Positions 1-9,297 of a DNA stretch of 40,949 nt are shown here, piece by piece. Source of the DNA: Candidatus Heimdallarchaeota archaeon. GTDB lineage: Archaea > Asgardarchaeota > Heimdallarchaeia > JABLTI01. Numbering within the stretch: the stretch's first letter is position 1; every line of letters starts with the position of its first letter. The position numbers and the translations under genes are program-made. The notes beneath the pieces were generated by a model. It had not been told where the DNA came from. It worked only from the letters and a program-made list of their open reading frames with translations, and searched no databases. The stretch covers positions 1-40,949 of the forward strand of contig DXJV01000076.1 of NCBI GenBank assembly GCA_019056785.1. Direction: 5' to 3'.

Positions 1-164
1 ATTTCTTTTCAAGCTTTCCCCTTAAATCTTCCCTTTCACACGTAAAAAAGGTCTCTCGTTTTAATTTTGCCTTGAACAGAATTGTTTTTTTATTTGAACA
101 TCAAAAGAATCTATAAGATACAGTTTATTTATCTTCATAAAATGTACCAGGAAGTAAATGTATT

Positions 165-941
165 ATGGTTGAATATAGATGTCCAGTTTGTGGGAAGCCC
201 GTATTACCCACATTCAAGTTTTGTAAGGCCTGTGGGGCACGACTGCCGAAAAGGATGTTTAAAGAAAAAGACGAACCTGAAGAAGATCTTCACGCAACCT
301 CTTTTGGTTCGGAAATTACAGTAAACGATAGCACTGAGGAAGATTTTTCCCTTACAGATGATATTGTTTATGCTCTTGCTGTGAAGGGCCGGTTGATCCT
401 TATTGATAAAGAAATGGAGGAAATTTTAGAGGAGATAGAAAACCTCGAGGAGAGGGTAAAGGTGGGTCTTGTTCCTAAAGAAGACGCTAAAAACAGAGTA
501 GATGAACTTAATAAGCGATTCGTTGAAATCAAAATAGAGAAAAAGCAACTGAAAAAGAAATCTACACCCATACCAATATTTGAGCTTATCGATAAAAAAG
601 AAACAGCAAAAGAACGTCTGAGTAAATTGAAAGGATTAAAGAAGGAGAAAAGCATCTCCCAAAAAACCTATGAAAAGATGGAAAGAGAATACCGTGAGGA
701 AATTGCTACGACCGAAAAAGCAATTACAAATGAATTGCTGAAAATGGAACGCTGGAAAGATCAATTAAAGAAACAGCTGGCACAAAAACGTGAAACACTT
801 GAAACTCTTTTCGTTCGCAAATCAACAGGTGAGCTCACTGAAGATGAATATAACAAAGAACGTGCGGAGCTTTCTGAGGAAATCAAAAATTGGGAGGCGG
901 CTTTAGAAGAATTGCAAAAAACTCTAAAGAAACTAAAATAA
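165..941 (+). CDS. Double zinc-ribbon / CdvA-like coiled-coil protein
   Basis: N-terminal CPVC...CKAC zinc ribbon and an acidic linker. The coiled coil carries three helix-turn units (LEERVKVGLVPKEDA, LKGLKKEKSISQKTY, LFVRKSTGELTEDEY) of the 'L..r...Gei.e..Y' type seen in CdvA-like/SHOCT-like domains. Confidence 0.6.
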   Translation: MVEYRCPVCGKPVLPTFKFCKACGARLPKRMFKEKDEPEEDLHATSFGSEITVNDSTEEDFSLTDDIVYALAVKGRLILIDKEMEEILEEIENLEERVKVGLVPKEDAKNRVDELNKRFVEIKIEKKQLKKKSTPIPIFELIDKKETAKERLSKLKGLKKEKSISQKTYEKMEREYREEIATTEKAITNELLKMERWKDQLKKQLAQKRETLETLFVRKSTGELTEDEYNKERAELSEEIKNWEAALEELQKTLKKLK

Positions 942-943
942 TT

Positions 944-1633
944 TCACTCTACTCCCTTTTTTTTCTCTTTTGCTTTTTTTTCTATGTCGCTCACCACAAT
1001 CCCCTCTGTGTCAGGGGAAGACGTTCGAGTCTCCCATGGCCCTAACTCGATTTTCATATAAATATCTTCATGGCTGGGACATTCAATACGCAATGAAATA
1101 CTCTTCAAATCCCGTTCCACAATCTCTGGCGTTAGACATCCTTCTTCCAATTTCTCAAGTAAAAATTGGATGTACCTTTCCGAGAGTACATTTAAACTAC
1201 CATTAATTAATTCTTTGCCTAATTCCCCCGGGTAATATCTAACAGTCCGACCATCTCGTATGATTTCAATAAGTTGCGCTTCCGCTAATCTTGATATATG
1301 GTGTCGAACAGTATCATGATGAATGCCAAGGTTACCTGCAATTTCAGTTTGATAGCAACCTGGGTTATTAATAATGTAGTCAAAGACCTTTGCAGCTGTT
1401 CCATTCTTAAGGATGGCATAAGCTTTTTCTGCAGACTCGGAACGAAGCATTTTTGGGAAATACAAACGCTTGCCACCAAATTTTGCTGATTTGATTAACC
1501 CATCTTTTTCGAGCATTCGAAGATGCCAGGAAAGCGTTCCCTGGGGCGCTGCAAGGGCACTTACTAATTCATAGAAATATGAGCCGGGAGTTTCGCATAC
1601 GAGTTGGTAAAGCTCTCTCCGAAGAGGATGCAT
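944..1633 (-). CDS. Tandem winged-helix transcriptional regulator (ArsR/COG3398-like)
   Basis: Two wHTH units (PGSYFYELVSAL..PQGTLSWHLRMLEKDGLI; NPGCYQTEIAGNLGIHHDTVRHHISRLAEAQLI) plus an extra C-terminal domain. Confidence 0.8.
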   Translation of the reverse strand: MHPLRRELYQLVCETPGSYFYELVSALAAPQGTLSWHLRMLEKDGLIKSAKFGGKRLYFPKMLRSESAEKAYAILKNGTAAKVFDYIINNPGCYQTEIAGNLGIHHDTVRHHISRLAEAQLIEIIRDGRTVRYYPGELGKELINGSLNVLSERYIQFLLEKLEEGCLTPEIVERDLKSISLRIECPSHEDIYMKIELGPWETRTSSPDTEGIVVSDIEKKAKEKKKGVE

Positions 1634-1981
1634 AAGAAGGGATAAGCGTTTCTCTTGGTATTTTTTTCCTGTCAGAGATCTTCATCTCCATTTAGTTTTC
1701 TAGCTATTGGTAGCTTTGGCGAGACAATTATTACTAAAGGTAAACTCACGCGCTCCTATAACATTTGCCTTTCTCTAATACTTTAATTTTTAGGTTAGAG
1801 ATTGGAAAAAAGCACTTATTTTCTGATTTTTTTTGAAAAAACTATTTTGTTTATAAACTCTTTCACCAAAAAAGTTATTAAAAAACATACAATAATTTAC
1901 CCACAGAAAAAAACTAATAAACCATCAAAGATTACTTTTAATGAGAAATTGTTAAAAATCTCTAATTAAGGAGAGGCAGTA

Positions 1982-2404
1982 ATGACAACAGAAGTAACTG
2001 TAGCAAAGATGTGTAAGTTAGAAGTTGGGCAACCCATCCAATTACCCCAATCTTTTCTGGACGCGCTAAAACCTGAGGAAGGGAATTATGCAGTCATGAT
2101 TCTCGCCCCCAGCACGAAAATTATCCGAATAATCCCCACAACAAGCGATAAAGTTTACAAAGTGGGCATTGAAATCGGAAAGCTGAGTCCAGACTTTTTG
2201 AAGAAAATGGGTTCATTATTCATGAAAGCTGGTATAAAAACGCTTTATTCCACTGGGCTATGCTTTACCCAAGAAAGCTGTGTGTATGAAGGCTATATTG
2301 ACTCGAAAGAGTTCAAGAACGTAAATATGGAGACGATCAAAGAGGAACTAGCTGATATAGATGGCGTGTCTAAAGTAGACATTTCTGTCCTCGAGATCCC
2401 TTAA
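1982..2404 (+). CDS. AbrB-like N-terminal + ACT-like domain regulator
   Basis: GQPIQLPQSFLDAL..EEG resembles an AbrB swapped hairpin. The C-terminus has an ACT-like pattern ending ELADIDGVSKVDI. A GGAG SD lies upstream. Confidence 0.55.
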   Translation: MTTEVTVAKMCKLEVGQPIQLPQSFLDALKPEEGNYAVMILAPSTKIIRIIPTTSDKVYKVGIEIGKLSPDFLKKMGSLFMKAGIKTLYSTGLCFTQESCVYEGYIDSKEFKNVNMETIKEELADIDGVSKVDISVLEIP

Positions 2405-2440
2405 GGGGTTTTGTTTTTCCCCTTCTTTTCTTCTCTCATC
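2403..2440 (+). terminator. Putative terminator (hairpin + pyrimidine tract)
   Basis: aagggg-ttttgttttt-cccctt stem at the stop codon, followed by a T/C-rich tract, between convergent genes. Confidence 0.45.
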
Positions 2441-2535
2441 CTCTTTCAAATATACATAACAGCTTTTAAATGCCCTAATGGATTTTTTATTATTTCATTT
2501 TGAGATTGTTCATCTGAAGCAACGTTTCTCATTTT

Positions 2536-3180
2536 TTATGAGGGTAATTTCTTCTTGGCACCAGTTGATGTTGTTTTTTGTGTTGTTGTTTTTGTTGCTC
2601 TTTTAATAGGCTTTTGATTAATACTTTCCAGTATTTCCAACATTTGGAGTTCTGTTTTTGACGATAAATCTTCAATTTGATCTCTAATATTTGTGAATTC
2701 TTTCTCAACCCTGGTTAATGTTGCTTTATTCGTTGCTTCGAAATCGATTCTTAGTTTTTTCAAGGCTTCAAAAAGTGGTTTAGTTTCACTTTTAATGTTG
2801 GATTGAACAATTTTTGTGATTGCCTTAATTGATTCTTCAGTTAATTCTACTTCAGAGAGGTTTGCTTGAATCATTTCCGAAACATTCTTTTGAACCAGTC
2901 CAATCCTTTTTTCCTGATTTTTTATATCTTTTTGAAGGGCTTTAATTGTATTATTTATGATTTCAAACATGACCATTTGTTGTGCGAGGATTTCTCGAAG
3001 ATTGGCAAGTTCTTGTTCTAAATTTGGAATCAATTTTGCTATATCTTTTCGTGTATCGAGAATTTCGCCAAATAAACCATCAATTACTTTATGGAAACTT
3101 TCAACTGTAGGAACTTGCCCCTCTGGGGTTTTAATAACATCAATTGTATAGGTCTGTTTTTTAGTTGTTTTTTTGCTCAT
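2536..3180 (-). CDS. Coiled-coil hypothetical protein
   Basis: Long heptad-rich ORF with K/T-rich termini. ATG at 3180 is preferred to the 3222 start, which overlaps the RING gene. Confidence 0.7.
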   Translation of the reverse strand: MSKKTTKKQTYTIDVIKTPEGQVPTVESFHKVIDGLFGEILDTRKDIAKLIPNLEQELANLREILAQQMVMFEIINNTIKALQKDIKNQEKRIGLVQKNVSEMIQANLSEVELTEESIKAITKIVQSNIKSETKPLFEALKKLRIDFEATNKATLTRVEKEFTNIRDQIEDLSSKTELQMLEILESINQKPIKRATKTTTQKTTSTGAKKKLPS

Positions 3181-3208
3181 ATAACAACACAATCCACACT
3201 GTTTTCTT

Positions 3209-3604
3209 TCATTCTTTCTCAACTTCTTCTAATTGCCAGGCATGCAAACTTTGCATACAGACTGGGCATTTACCTTTGACTTTCAACCATTCGAAAATAT
3301 GAACATCATGAAAGATTGCTTGACACATAGGGCATTTTAAGACTTTATGGTGTTCTTTTATTGGAAGTTTACAAATCATGCAGATCTCTGGTTTCTTCTT
3401 CTCTAAGAGCCATTGCCCTTTTTCGGTAATATTGAAATTCACTAGGCCCCCATGGAGTGTTTTTTGCAATCGTTTCTGTTGATTCTTCTGTGTTGGTCCA
3501 ATCTCAAATTGAATTTGCTTGCCGATGAAAGCCTTTGGTTTTTTCGTTGTTGTTCCTTTCTGAACAACTCTTGTCACGAAAGTAATCTTATTTTCTGCCA
3601 TCAA
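3209..3604 (-). CDS. RING-finger protein (putative E3 ubiquitin ligase)
   Basis: CMIC-x12-CPMC-x4-H-x2-H-IFEWL-x5-CPVC, including the conserved RING Trp and the terminal CP.C. Confidence 0.8.
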   Translation of the reverse strand: MMAENKITFVTRVVQKGTTTKKPKAFIGKQIQFEIGPTQKNQQKRLQKTLHGGLVNFNITEKGQWLLEKKKPEICMICKLPIKEHHKVLKCPMCQAIFHDVHIFEWLKVKGKCPVCMQSLHAWQLEEVEKE

Positions 3605-3818
3605 GTCACTCTCAAATTAAGAGCCGCATTAAAAACGGGCACTAAATAATCATTTGACTTTAAGATTGATTAAGCTAGCTGATTAGTTCTGTAATTCCTA
3701 ATTATTCTTGAGCTTATTTTAGATAAATGTTTTTAGAAGAAAGCAATAAGGTTTATTATTTAGTTTTCCTACTTTTAAAGAGAAAATTATTTAATACCTA
3801 CACTTGAGAGGGACTTAA

Positions 3819-4151
3819 ATGGTAGAAGATAATCTTAGAAAATTGATCTATAAAAATTTGGAAGAAACGGAAATCGGAAAGGATCTTGTGGTTGTTAGCC
3901 AAAGAACTGCTTTTGTCTATGGTGAAGACCCAAGCGATAAAAAATACCTGCCAATTGAGGAATTTCTAATCACTATCTTAGCAAAGCAGGGCCCTATCGC
4001 ACGTGGTGATCTGGCTTCCCTCACGAATATCCCGAGAACAACTCTTTATGATGTCCTTACAAAATTAATCTCAAAAGGACTGGTGGAGAAAAAACCTGTT
4101 CATGTTCAGAAACGAGGGCGCCCGAAAGTTCTCTTTTCTGTTAAAAAATAA
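3819..4151 (+). CDS. TrmB-like winged-helix DNA-binding protein
   Basis: GPIARGDLASLTNIPRTTLYDVLTKLISKGLV...RGRPKVLF. Confidence 0.8.
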   Translation: MVEDNLRKLIYKNLEETEIGKDLVVVSQRTAFVYGEDPSDKKYLPIEEFLITILAKQGPIARGDLASLTNIPRTTLYDVLTKLISKGLVEKKPVHVQKRGRPKVLFSVKK

Positions 4152-4169
4152 AGTAGTGGAGATTGTCTG

Positions 4170-7100
4170 TTAAAATTCTATGGAATCTATCTCATTGAGA
4201 AATTCTTTCAAAGCTTCTTCCGTTACACCATCAATTTCAAGTTGGCTAATTTGCTGTTCACCTTGCATAGATGCCTCTACTTGCCCCTCTTGTCTTTCTT
4301 TTTGGTCAGTTCTATTGGTAACTGTTGTGGCTTTCTTTTCACGTCTTTCTATAAGATTGAGAACCCAGTCATCTAATAATTCCTCATCGAGCCCTGTTAA
4401 GAGGTTCTTTAGGGTATCCCTAACTTCACTGGGTGTATCTACTGTTGGATCTTGTGAATAAATTAAGGGGGCAACATATTTTCCTCGGCGACGCTCTGCA
4501 CCTGGAACGGGTAAAATTGGTTCCCCACGATGTTTCTTCGCGATAGCAGCTTTTCTTCGCCATTGTCCTGTTTGTTTGTCATATTCAACTTGTTTTGTCG
4601 AGCCTGATGCTTTTACCATTTCAAAAATATGGGCCACTTTATTCTTAGAAAGCATTAAATAAATGATAAGTTTCATCCGCTCTGTTGTTGAGAGTTTATT
4701 GATGTTTCCAGATTGAATCTTTGTTTTTAGTTTAAGCTTCTCTTCTGGTGGTATTCTCGCGTCATCAATCGAATTTTGTAATAATTCAATCATTTGAGGT
4801 GTCAAATTCTCTCTCGGAGCAAAATCTTCTTGAATTTTCTTAAAGTTTTCTTGCATCTCTATTGGTAATCGTTGCATAATTTTATCCGAATTGGTTTTTT
4901 TGCCAAGAAGAACAGAAATGGTTCTATAACAATCAATCGTCCAGCTCTCTAATGCTCGCATTGCTCTCCCCCGCAATTGTTGCCAAGCGGTAACATCCCG
5001 AGTTGCTGTTGCATCGATTAAAATGTCTGGTGTTCGAACGTCCCAACCTGTTCGCGCCCAGGAAGAAACAAATACAAGCTGAATGGGCAATTCTTCCGAG
5101 TCGAGAAAGTCTGAAACAAGATCATAAATGAGTTGTTTCTGCCTTCCGGAAGGCATTTTTAAATAATAATATTCTTGCAGTTCTCCTGTTGCGGTTTCTA
5201 ATGTGCCTTTTTTGGCAAACTCAATTTTTCTGGCAATACTTGCATAATCATACAGCTTTTGAATGATATTGTTGACTCTCACAGAAGGATTGGTAATCCG
5301 ATCCTTTAACAAATTGACTGCAAGGTTTAAGTCTGTGTCTAAAATAACCATTTCATCGATAAATTCTTTCAGTGGTTCAAAGACTTTCTTAGTAAACTCG
5401 CCATAACGTGCTCGATAAACTTTTTTTAAGGAGGTAACATATTCAACCATTAATTCTCGAAATGTAAGGTAAATAAAATTACTAAGTTGCTCTTGGAATG
5501 GTAATTCATAAATTAGTTCCATAAAAAGCCGTTCAGTTAATTTATCAATAATTATTTCATTGCGAATGAAATCAGCCATCATTACATGTAACGGCTTTTC
5601 TAACGTAGGATTAAAACTAATATACATTTCAGATGATTGAACGGCAATTGGATTATATTTGATAATGTCTGTCCCTAAGCTTTGAGCAAAACTCCCACCA
5701 ACGCCTGAAAAGCCTGGTGAACCAATACCGGATTCGTATTCAATCTTGATCGTCCGGCCCGAGTCAAAAATCACGACTCCTTTTACATCTCTAATTTGTT
5801 CTTCTGCACTGATAATTGATTGAAGTGTCCCTACTCTGCCTTCCCCAATTTTTGTCCGTGCCCAAACATCGAGCGCTCGATAAATACCAACCATTGTAGA
5901 ACACATAATATCTCGGACCTTTTTCACAACTTCCCGTCTATCTTTGTACTGTTTGCGGATGTTATAGATGGTCGTTCGTTTGGGCATCCGAGTACCATAT
6001 TTCTCACTACTAATCATCTTCTTAAGGCTTGGTATCCGGATTAATTGTTCTAAGTGCATGACTAATTTCTCAGTTTCTTGAACAACTTCGCGGGCAGCAT
6101 TCTTATGAATTGAATTAGCAGCAAGAGAGATATCTGACCAGCTATTGTAGATTTGAACTGTTTGGACCAAATTTACATCTGCAAGTGTAAGGGGGCCTTT
6201 ATCTTTTCGGGGAGCCCATTCAACAAATTTTGCTTTTAATTTCTCCGTCGCTAATTCATTTCGATAACTTTGGTACATCCCCAAAAGCTCTTTACAAATA
6301 AAGAGCCGTTCATTAAGCGGGATTTTCTGAAATTCTTTTCGTAAATTATTATATCCAAAATAGCTCCACATTTCTTTCATGTTGGCTTTAATTTCATTGT
6401 GTAAATCTCTTATCGCCCGTTCTCTTCCAGAATAGGCAAAAGTTACCCCTAATTCAGCTATTGGCGCAACAAAACCATGGAGTACTAATTCTTTTTCAGG
6501 GACAATGTAGATGAGTTTCATCCCCAACTTCTTGAAGACTTTTTCATATGCTTTTGCCGTTCCAGAAAAACCAATTAAATTCTCAATGTGAGCACCTTTG
6601 TAAAGTTTTACTAGGCGTTTTGCAACTTCAAAAGTAGCGCTATTTTCTTGCTCGACAATTTTATGTGCTTCATCAAAAATGACAGAACGAATACCCAGCC
6701 AATTTATCAGCTGCTTTAATTCTCGTTCTTTTTTAGTCTTGGCGCCTAAAATCTGTGCAAGAGAGGTATAGGTGAGGATGATGATGGGAGGGATTTCTCG
6801 CGTCTTACTGATAAATGTCTCCAATTGACTTATTGTCCCAGAAAAGACAAACGTTGGCGAAATCTGCAAGCCAATTTCATTGAAACAAATAGAGTCAACC
6901 CACTGCGATTGATAATTTTGGGTGGGTACTAAGACTAAAATCGATTCGTTTTTTTGCAGCGTTCGTAGCCAATCTTGGATACACATCATTCCCATAAGTG
7001 TTTTCCCGGAACCCGTGGGCGAATCAATGATACTGGCATTATAATTATCCCCCTTAAACATATAATAGGCTTCAAGTTGATAGGGACGAGGAATAGGTGA

Positions 7101-8360
7101 GTTTATTATATCTTGATGTGGAATCTTTAGAAAGTCGCTCTTTTTCTTTTGCTCCTGTAGGGGTTCTTCGATGACCGGTTGTTTAGGCTGCTCCATAAGT
7201 TCTTTTTCTTTTTGGGTGCGCAATCGTTTTGCAACGAGCGATCTTTCACCTGTTTTTACAGGTTTGGTTTCGATTCTGCCTAACCGTTCACTTAAAATAC
7301 CAATTGAGATAGTTGCCATATCCGGTTCATAATGTAATTCATTCAATAAAATGTTCTCGAGTTCTTTAAGCCTGCCTTGAACATCTTCAATTCGATAGAA
7401 CCCTTTCTCCTGTAATCCTTTGTAGATTTCCGGCGGAAATAACGTAGAAAGTTCCTCTCGGCCAATATCCTCTCTTCTGTACATTTTTGTACCTATTTTA
7501 TAAACCAATTCAAAAATAATTGGTGGAATTTTTGTTCTTAATTCTTCAGAAATATTTGGTAAGGACGGCGGAGTAACCTCAATTACTCGTTGAACCTCTG
7601 CTACAAATCCATCTGCAACTAAGGATTCCAGATAAAATTTGATCGACTCTTCAGTTAACAGCTCAAGGACATATTTTTGTTCTCCTCTTTTCACCTCAGT
7701 TAAGATTTCTTTTACACTCATTGGCAAAGGATTGTTTTCCAAAATCTCAATTAAAACATCTTTTACGTATTCCTTTCGCATTTCTACGTCAAGAGTTTGG
7801 GGCTTTGGAATATTACGAGGTTTTGCACGGTGCATCTCCATTAGTGTGTCATAAAGTAATCGGATGTTTAGCAGCATCACCCTTGCTCGAAGCATGTCGC
7901 TTTTTGCAATAGCATCTCGATAGGCTTCTACAGAGCGGATGTACATTTTATGGGTTCGCCAGTAGTATTTCAGCTGTAATTCTTCATCTTCATTATCAAT
8001 GGCAGAGATAAACTTTTCACGAACGGCTTCACAATACCCGGTGGCGTTCCAGAAATCATCTGCCCCTAAGGTGGTAAAAATGTCTTCAGTTGAGTGAATT
8101 TGTTCCAAAAGCTCACTTGTATTTGCAACGGTTTCTTTCTCCCTTTTTAAATCTCTCACTTGGCTCTCTAGGTCTTTTTCTTCTTCATAAAGTTCTTTAT
8201 CTTCTTCTAATCCAAAGATATCTGGGCTATACTCCTCGATTTGTACGGTATCTTCAATAGGTGTTTCTAAAGGTGTGGCTTGTTGTTCTTCCTCAATAAT
8301 TTCTGGTACTTTTTTCCGCCGGAAAAGTCTTTTTAGCCAAGCAAAGAATTTTTTAAACAT
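4170..8360 (-). CDS. Large superfamily-2 (DEAH, XPB/Res-like) helicase
   Basis: Q motif PRPYQ, Walker A SPTGSGKT, Ia LVLVPT, II FDEAH, III GFSGT, V SSWARTGWD, VI QQLRGRAMR. ATG 8360 is preferred; TTG 8384 is possible. Confidence 0.85.
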   Translation of the reverse strand: MFKKFFAWLKRLFRRKKVPEIIEEEQQATPLETPIEDTVQIEEYSPDIFGLEEDKELYEEEKDLESQVRDLKREKETVANTSELLEQIHSTEDIFTTLGADDFWNATGYCEAVREKFISAIDNEDEELQLKYYWRTHKMYIRSVEAYRDAIAKSDMLRARVMLLNIRLLYDTLMEMHRAKPRNIPKPQTLDVEMRKEYVKDVLIEILENNPLPMSVKEILTEVKRGEQKYVLELLTEESIKFYLESLVADGFVAEVQRVIEVTPPSLPNISEELRTKIPPIIFELVYKIGTKMYRREDIGREELSTLFPPEIYKGLQEKGFYRIEDVQGRLKELENILLNELHYEPDMATISIGILSERLGRIETKPVKTGERSLVAKRLRTQKEKELMEQPKQPVIEEPLQEQKKKSDFLKIPHQDIINSPIPRPYQLEAYYMFKGDNYNASIIDSPTGSGKTLMGMMCIQDWLRTLQKNESILVLVPTQNYQSQWVDSICFNEIGLQISPTFVFSGTISQLETFISKTREIPPIIILTYTSLAQILGAKTKKERELKQLINWLGIRSVIFDEAHKIVEQENSATFEVAKRLVKLYKGAHIENLIGFSGTAKAYEKVFKKLGMKLIYIVPEKELVLHGFVAPIAELGVTFAYSGRERAIRDLHNEIKANMKEMWSYFGYNNLRKEFQKIPLNERLFICKELLGMYQSYRNELATEKLKAKFVEWAPRKDKGPLTLADVNLVQTVQIYNSWSDISLAANSIHKNAAREVVQETEKLVMHLEQLIRIPSLKKMISSEKYGTRMPKRTTIYNIRKQYKDRREVVKKVRDIMCSTMVGIYRALDVWARTKIGEGRVGTLQSIISAEEQIRDVKGVVIFDSGRTIKIEYESGIGSPGFSGVGGSFAQSLGTDIIKYNPIAVQSSEMYISFNPTLEKPLHVMMADFIRNEIIIDKLTERLFMELIYELPFQEQLSNFIYLTFRELMVEYVTSLKKVYRARYGEFTKKVFEPLKEFIDEMVILDTDLNLAVNLLKDRITNPSVRVNNIIQKLYDYASIARKIEFAKKGTLETATGELQEYYYLKMPSGRQKQLIYDLVSDFLDSEELPIQLVFVSSWARTGWDVRTPDILIDATATRDVTAWQQLRGRAMRALESWTIDCYRTISVLLGKKTNSDKIMQRLPIEMQENFKKIQEDFAPRENLTPQMIELLQNSIDDARIPPEEKLKLKTKIQSGNINKLSTTERMKLIIYLMLSKNKVAHIFEMVKASGSTKQVEYDKQTGQWRRKAAIAKKHRGEPILPVPGAERRRGKYVAPLIYSQDPTVDTPSEVRDTLKNLLTGLDEELLDDWVLNLIERREKKATTVTNRTDQKERQEGQVEASMQGEQQISQLEIDGVTEEALKEFLNEIDSIEF

Positions 8361-8532
8361 GTTTTCACGACCCTTGGGTATCAATTTTATTTTTTAGTGG
8401 CCCACGGCTGTTTCTCTTCATATTTACCTTTCTTATTCACTAAATATAAATATCAGCATAAACATTAAACAAAAACCATTAAAACAGCTACTAATAATTA
8501 CCGTTTAGGGCAAGAAAGAATGGGAAAACAAG

Positions 8533-9267
8533 TTATTTAGTTGTAGCCAGCTCCTTTTTAATAACTAATTTGACAATGTGTTCCAATGACTTTAACAAAG
8601 GATTAAAGGCTTCAGGACGGTATTCTTTCTTGAATTTTCCTTCCTCGTTGAGGATGATCTCTTTAGGCGTGTTTTTTAAAAGAATTGATAAAGCATCTTT
8701 CGCCTGTTGGCAAGAGCCGCAAAAAATATTCCCGTCAAGATCAGGAAAGACATCCAAAACATCTGCCGCTTCAAACAATTGTCTAACATGTCTTTGTGAA
8801 ATTTTCGTCCCCCAAGGGAGGTCTTGTTTGTTAACGAAAATTGTATAGGGGATTTTTCCAGCTTTTATCTCTTCGCCTTTGAGTTCTTTTAGCTCTTTTA
8901 AGGACCAAATGTTTTCCTCCCAATTATTAAGGTCAGCATCGACAACAATAACCAACCCATGAATGCCCTTTAAAACAACCTTGCGTGTTTCTATTAAGCG
9001 CTTTTGTCCTGCAGTCGTGAAAACGTGGATCTTGAAGAGAAAGTCATCAGAGTTCGGTTTTTTCCCGAAACCAAAAACCGCCTGATCAAAAAATACCGTC
9101 CGTCCCGTTGCCTGATCCGCAACGGTCACAAAATCGATAACACTTTTAGGGTCCTCCAATGTTTTTATAACTTTAATAGCAGTGACTGTAAATGTCTTCC
9201 CTGACATACTAGGACCCCAATAACAGATTTTCAATGATCTGATTGTTCGGTATTTATGTATCAGCAT
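8533..9267 (-). CDS. MglA-family small GTPase
   Basis: KICYWGPSMSGKT (G1), GRTVFFD (MglA signature with Arg finger), TTAGQ (G3), RKVVLKG, NKQDLP (G4). Confidence 0.85.
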   Translation of the reverse strand: MLIHKYRTIRSLKICYWGPSMSGKTFTVTAIKVIKTLEDPKSVIDFVTVADQATGRTVFFDQAVFGFGKKPNSDDFLFKIHVFTTAGQKRLIETRKVVLKGIHGLVIVVDADLNNWEENIWSLKELKELKGEEIKAGKIPYTIFVNKQDLPWGTKISQRHVRQLFEAADVLDVFPDLDGNIFCGSCQQAKDALSILLKNTPKEIILNEEGKFKKEYRPEAFNPLLKSLEHIVKLVIKKELATTK

Positions 9268-9297
9268 TTGTTACTTTCTCCATAGAATTTTTGTTTT

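Noticed and set aside
82-655. Alternative-frame and antisense ORFs (82..324, 368..655, and similarly 22598..23089, 25576..25980, 31404..31811, 39824..40345, etc.)
   Set aside because: They are shadows of well-supported genes, with S/F/L-rich antisense composition and no motifs.
1634-1700. Longer N-terminus or frameshift for the double-wHTH gene
   Set aside because: An in-frame stop lies 15 codons upstream, and the ATG at 1633 already begins at the expected HP.R wHTH motif.
2555-2600. ttg/tgt short repeats at the end of the coiled-coil gene
   Set aside because: Explained by the Thr/Lys-rich coding tail (TKTTTQKTT), not an independent repeat element.
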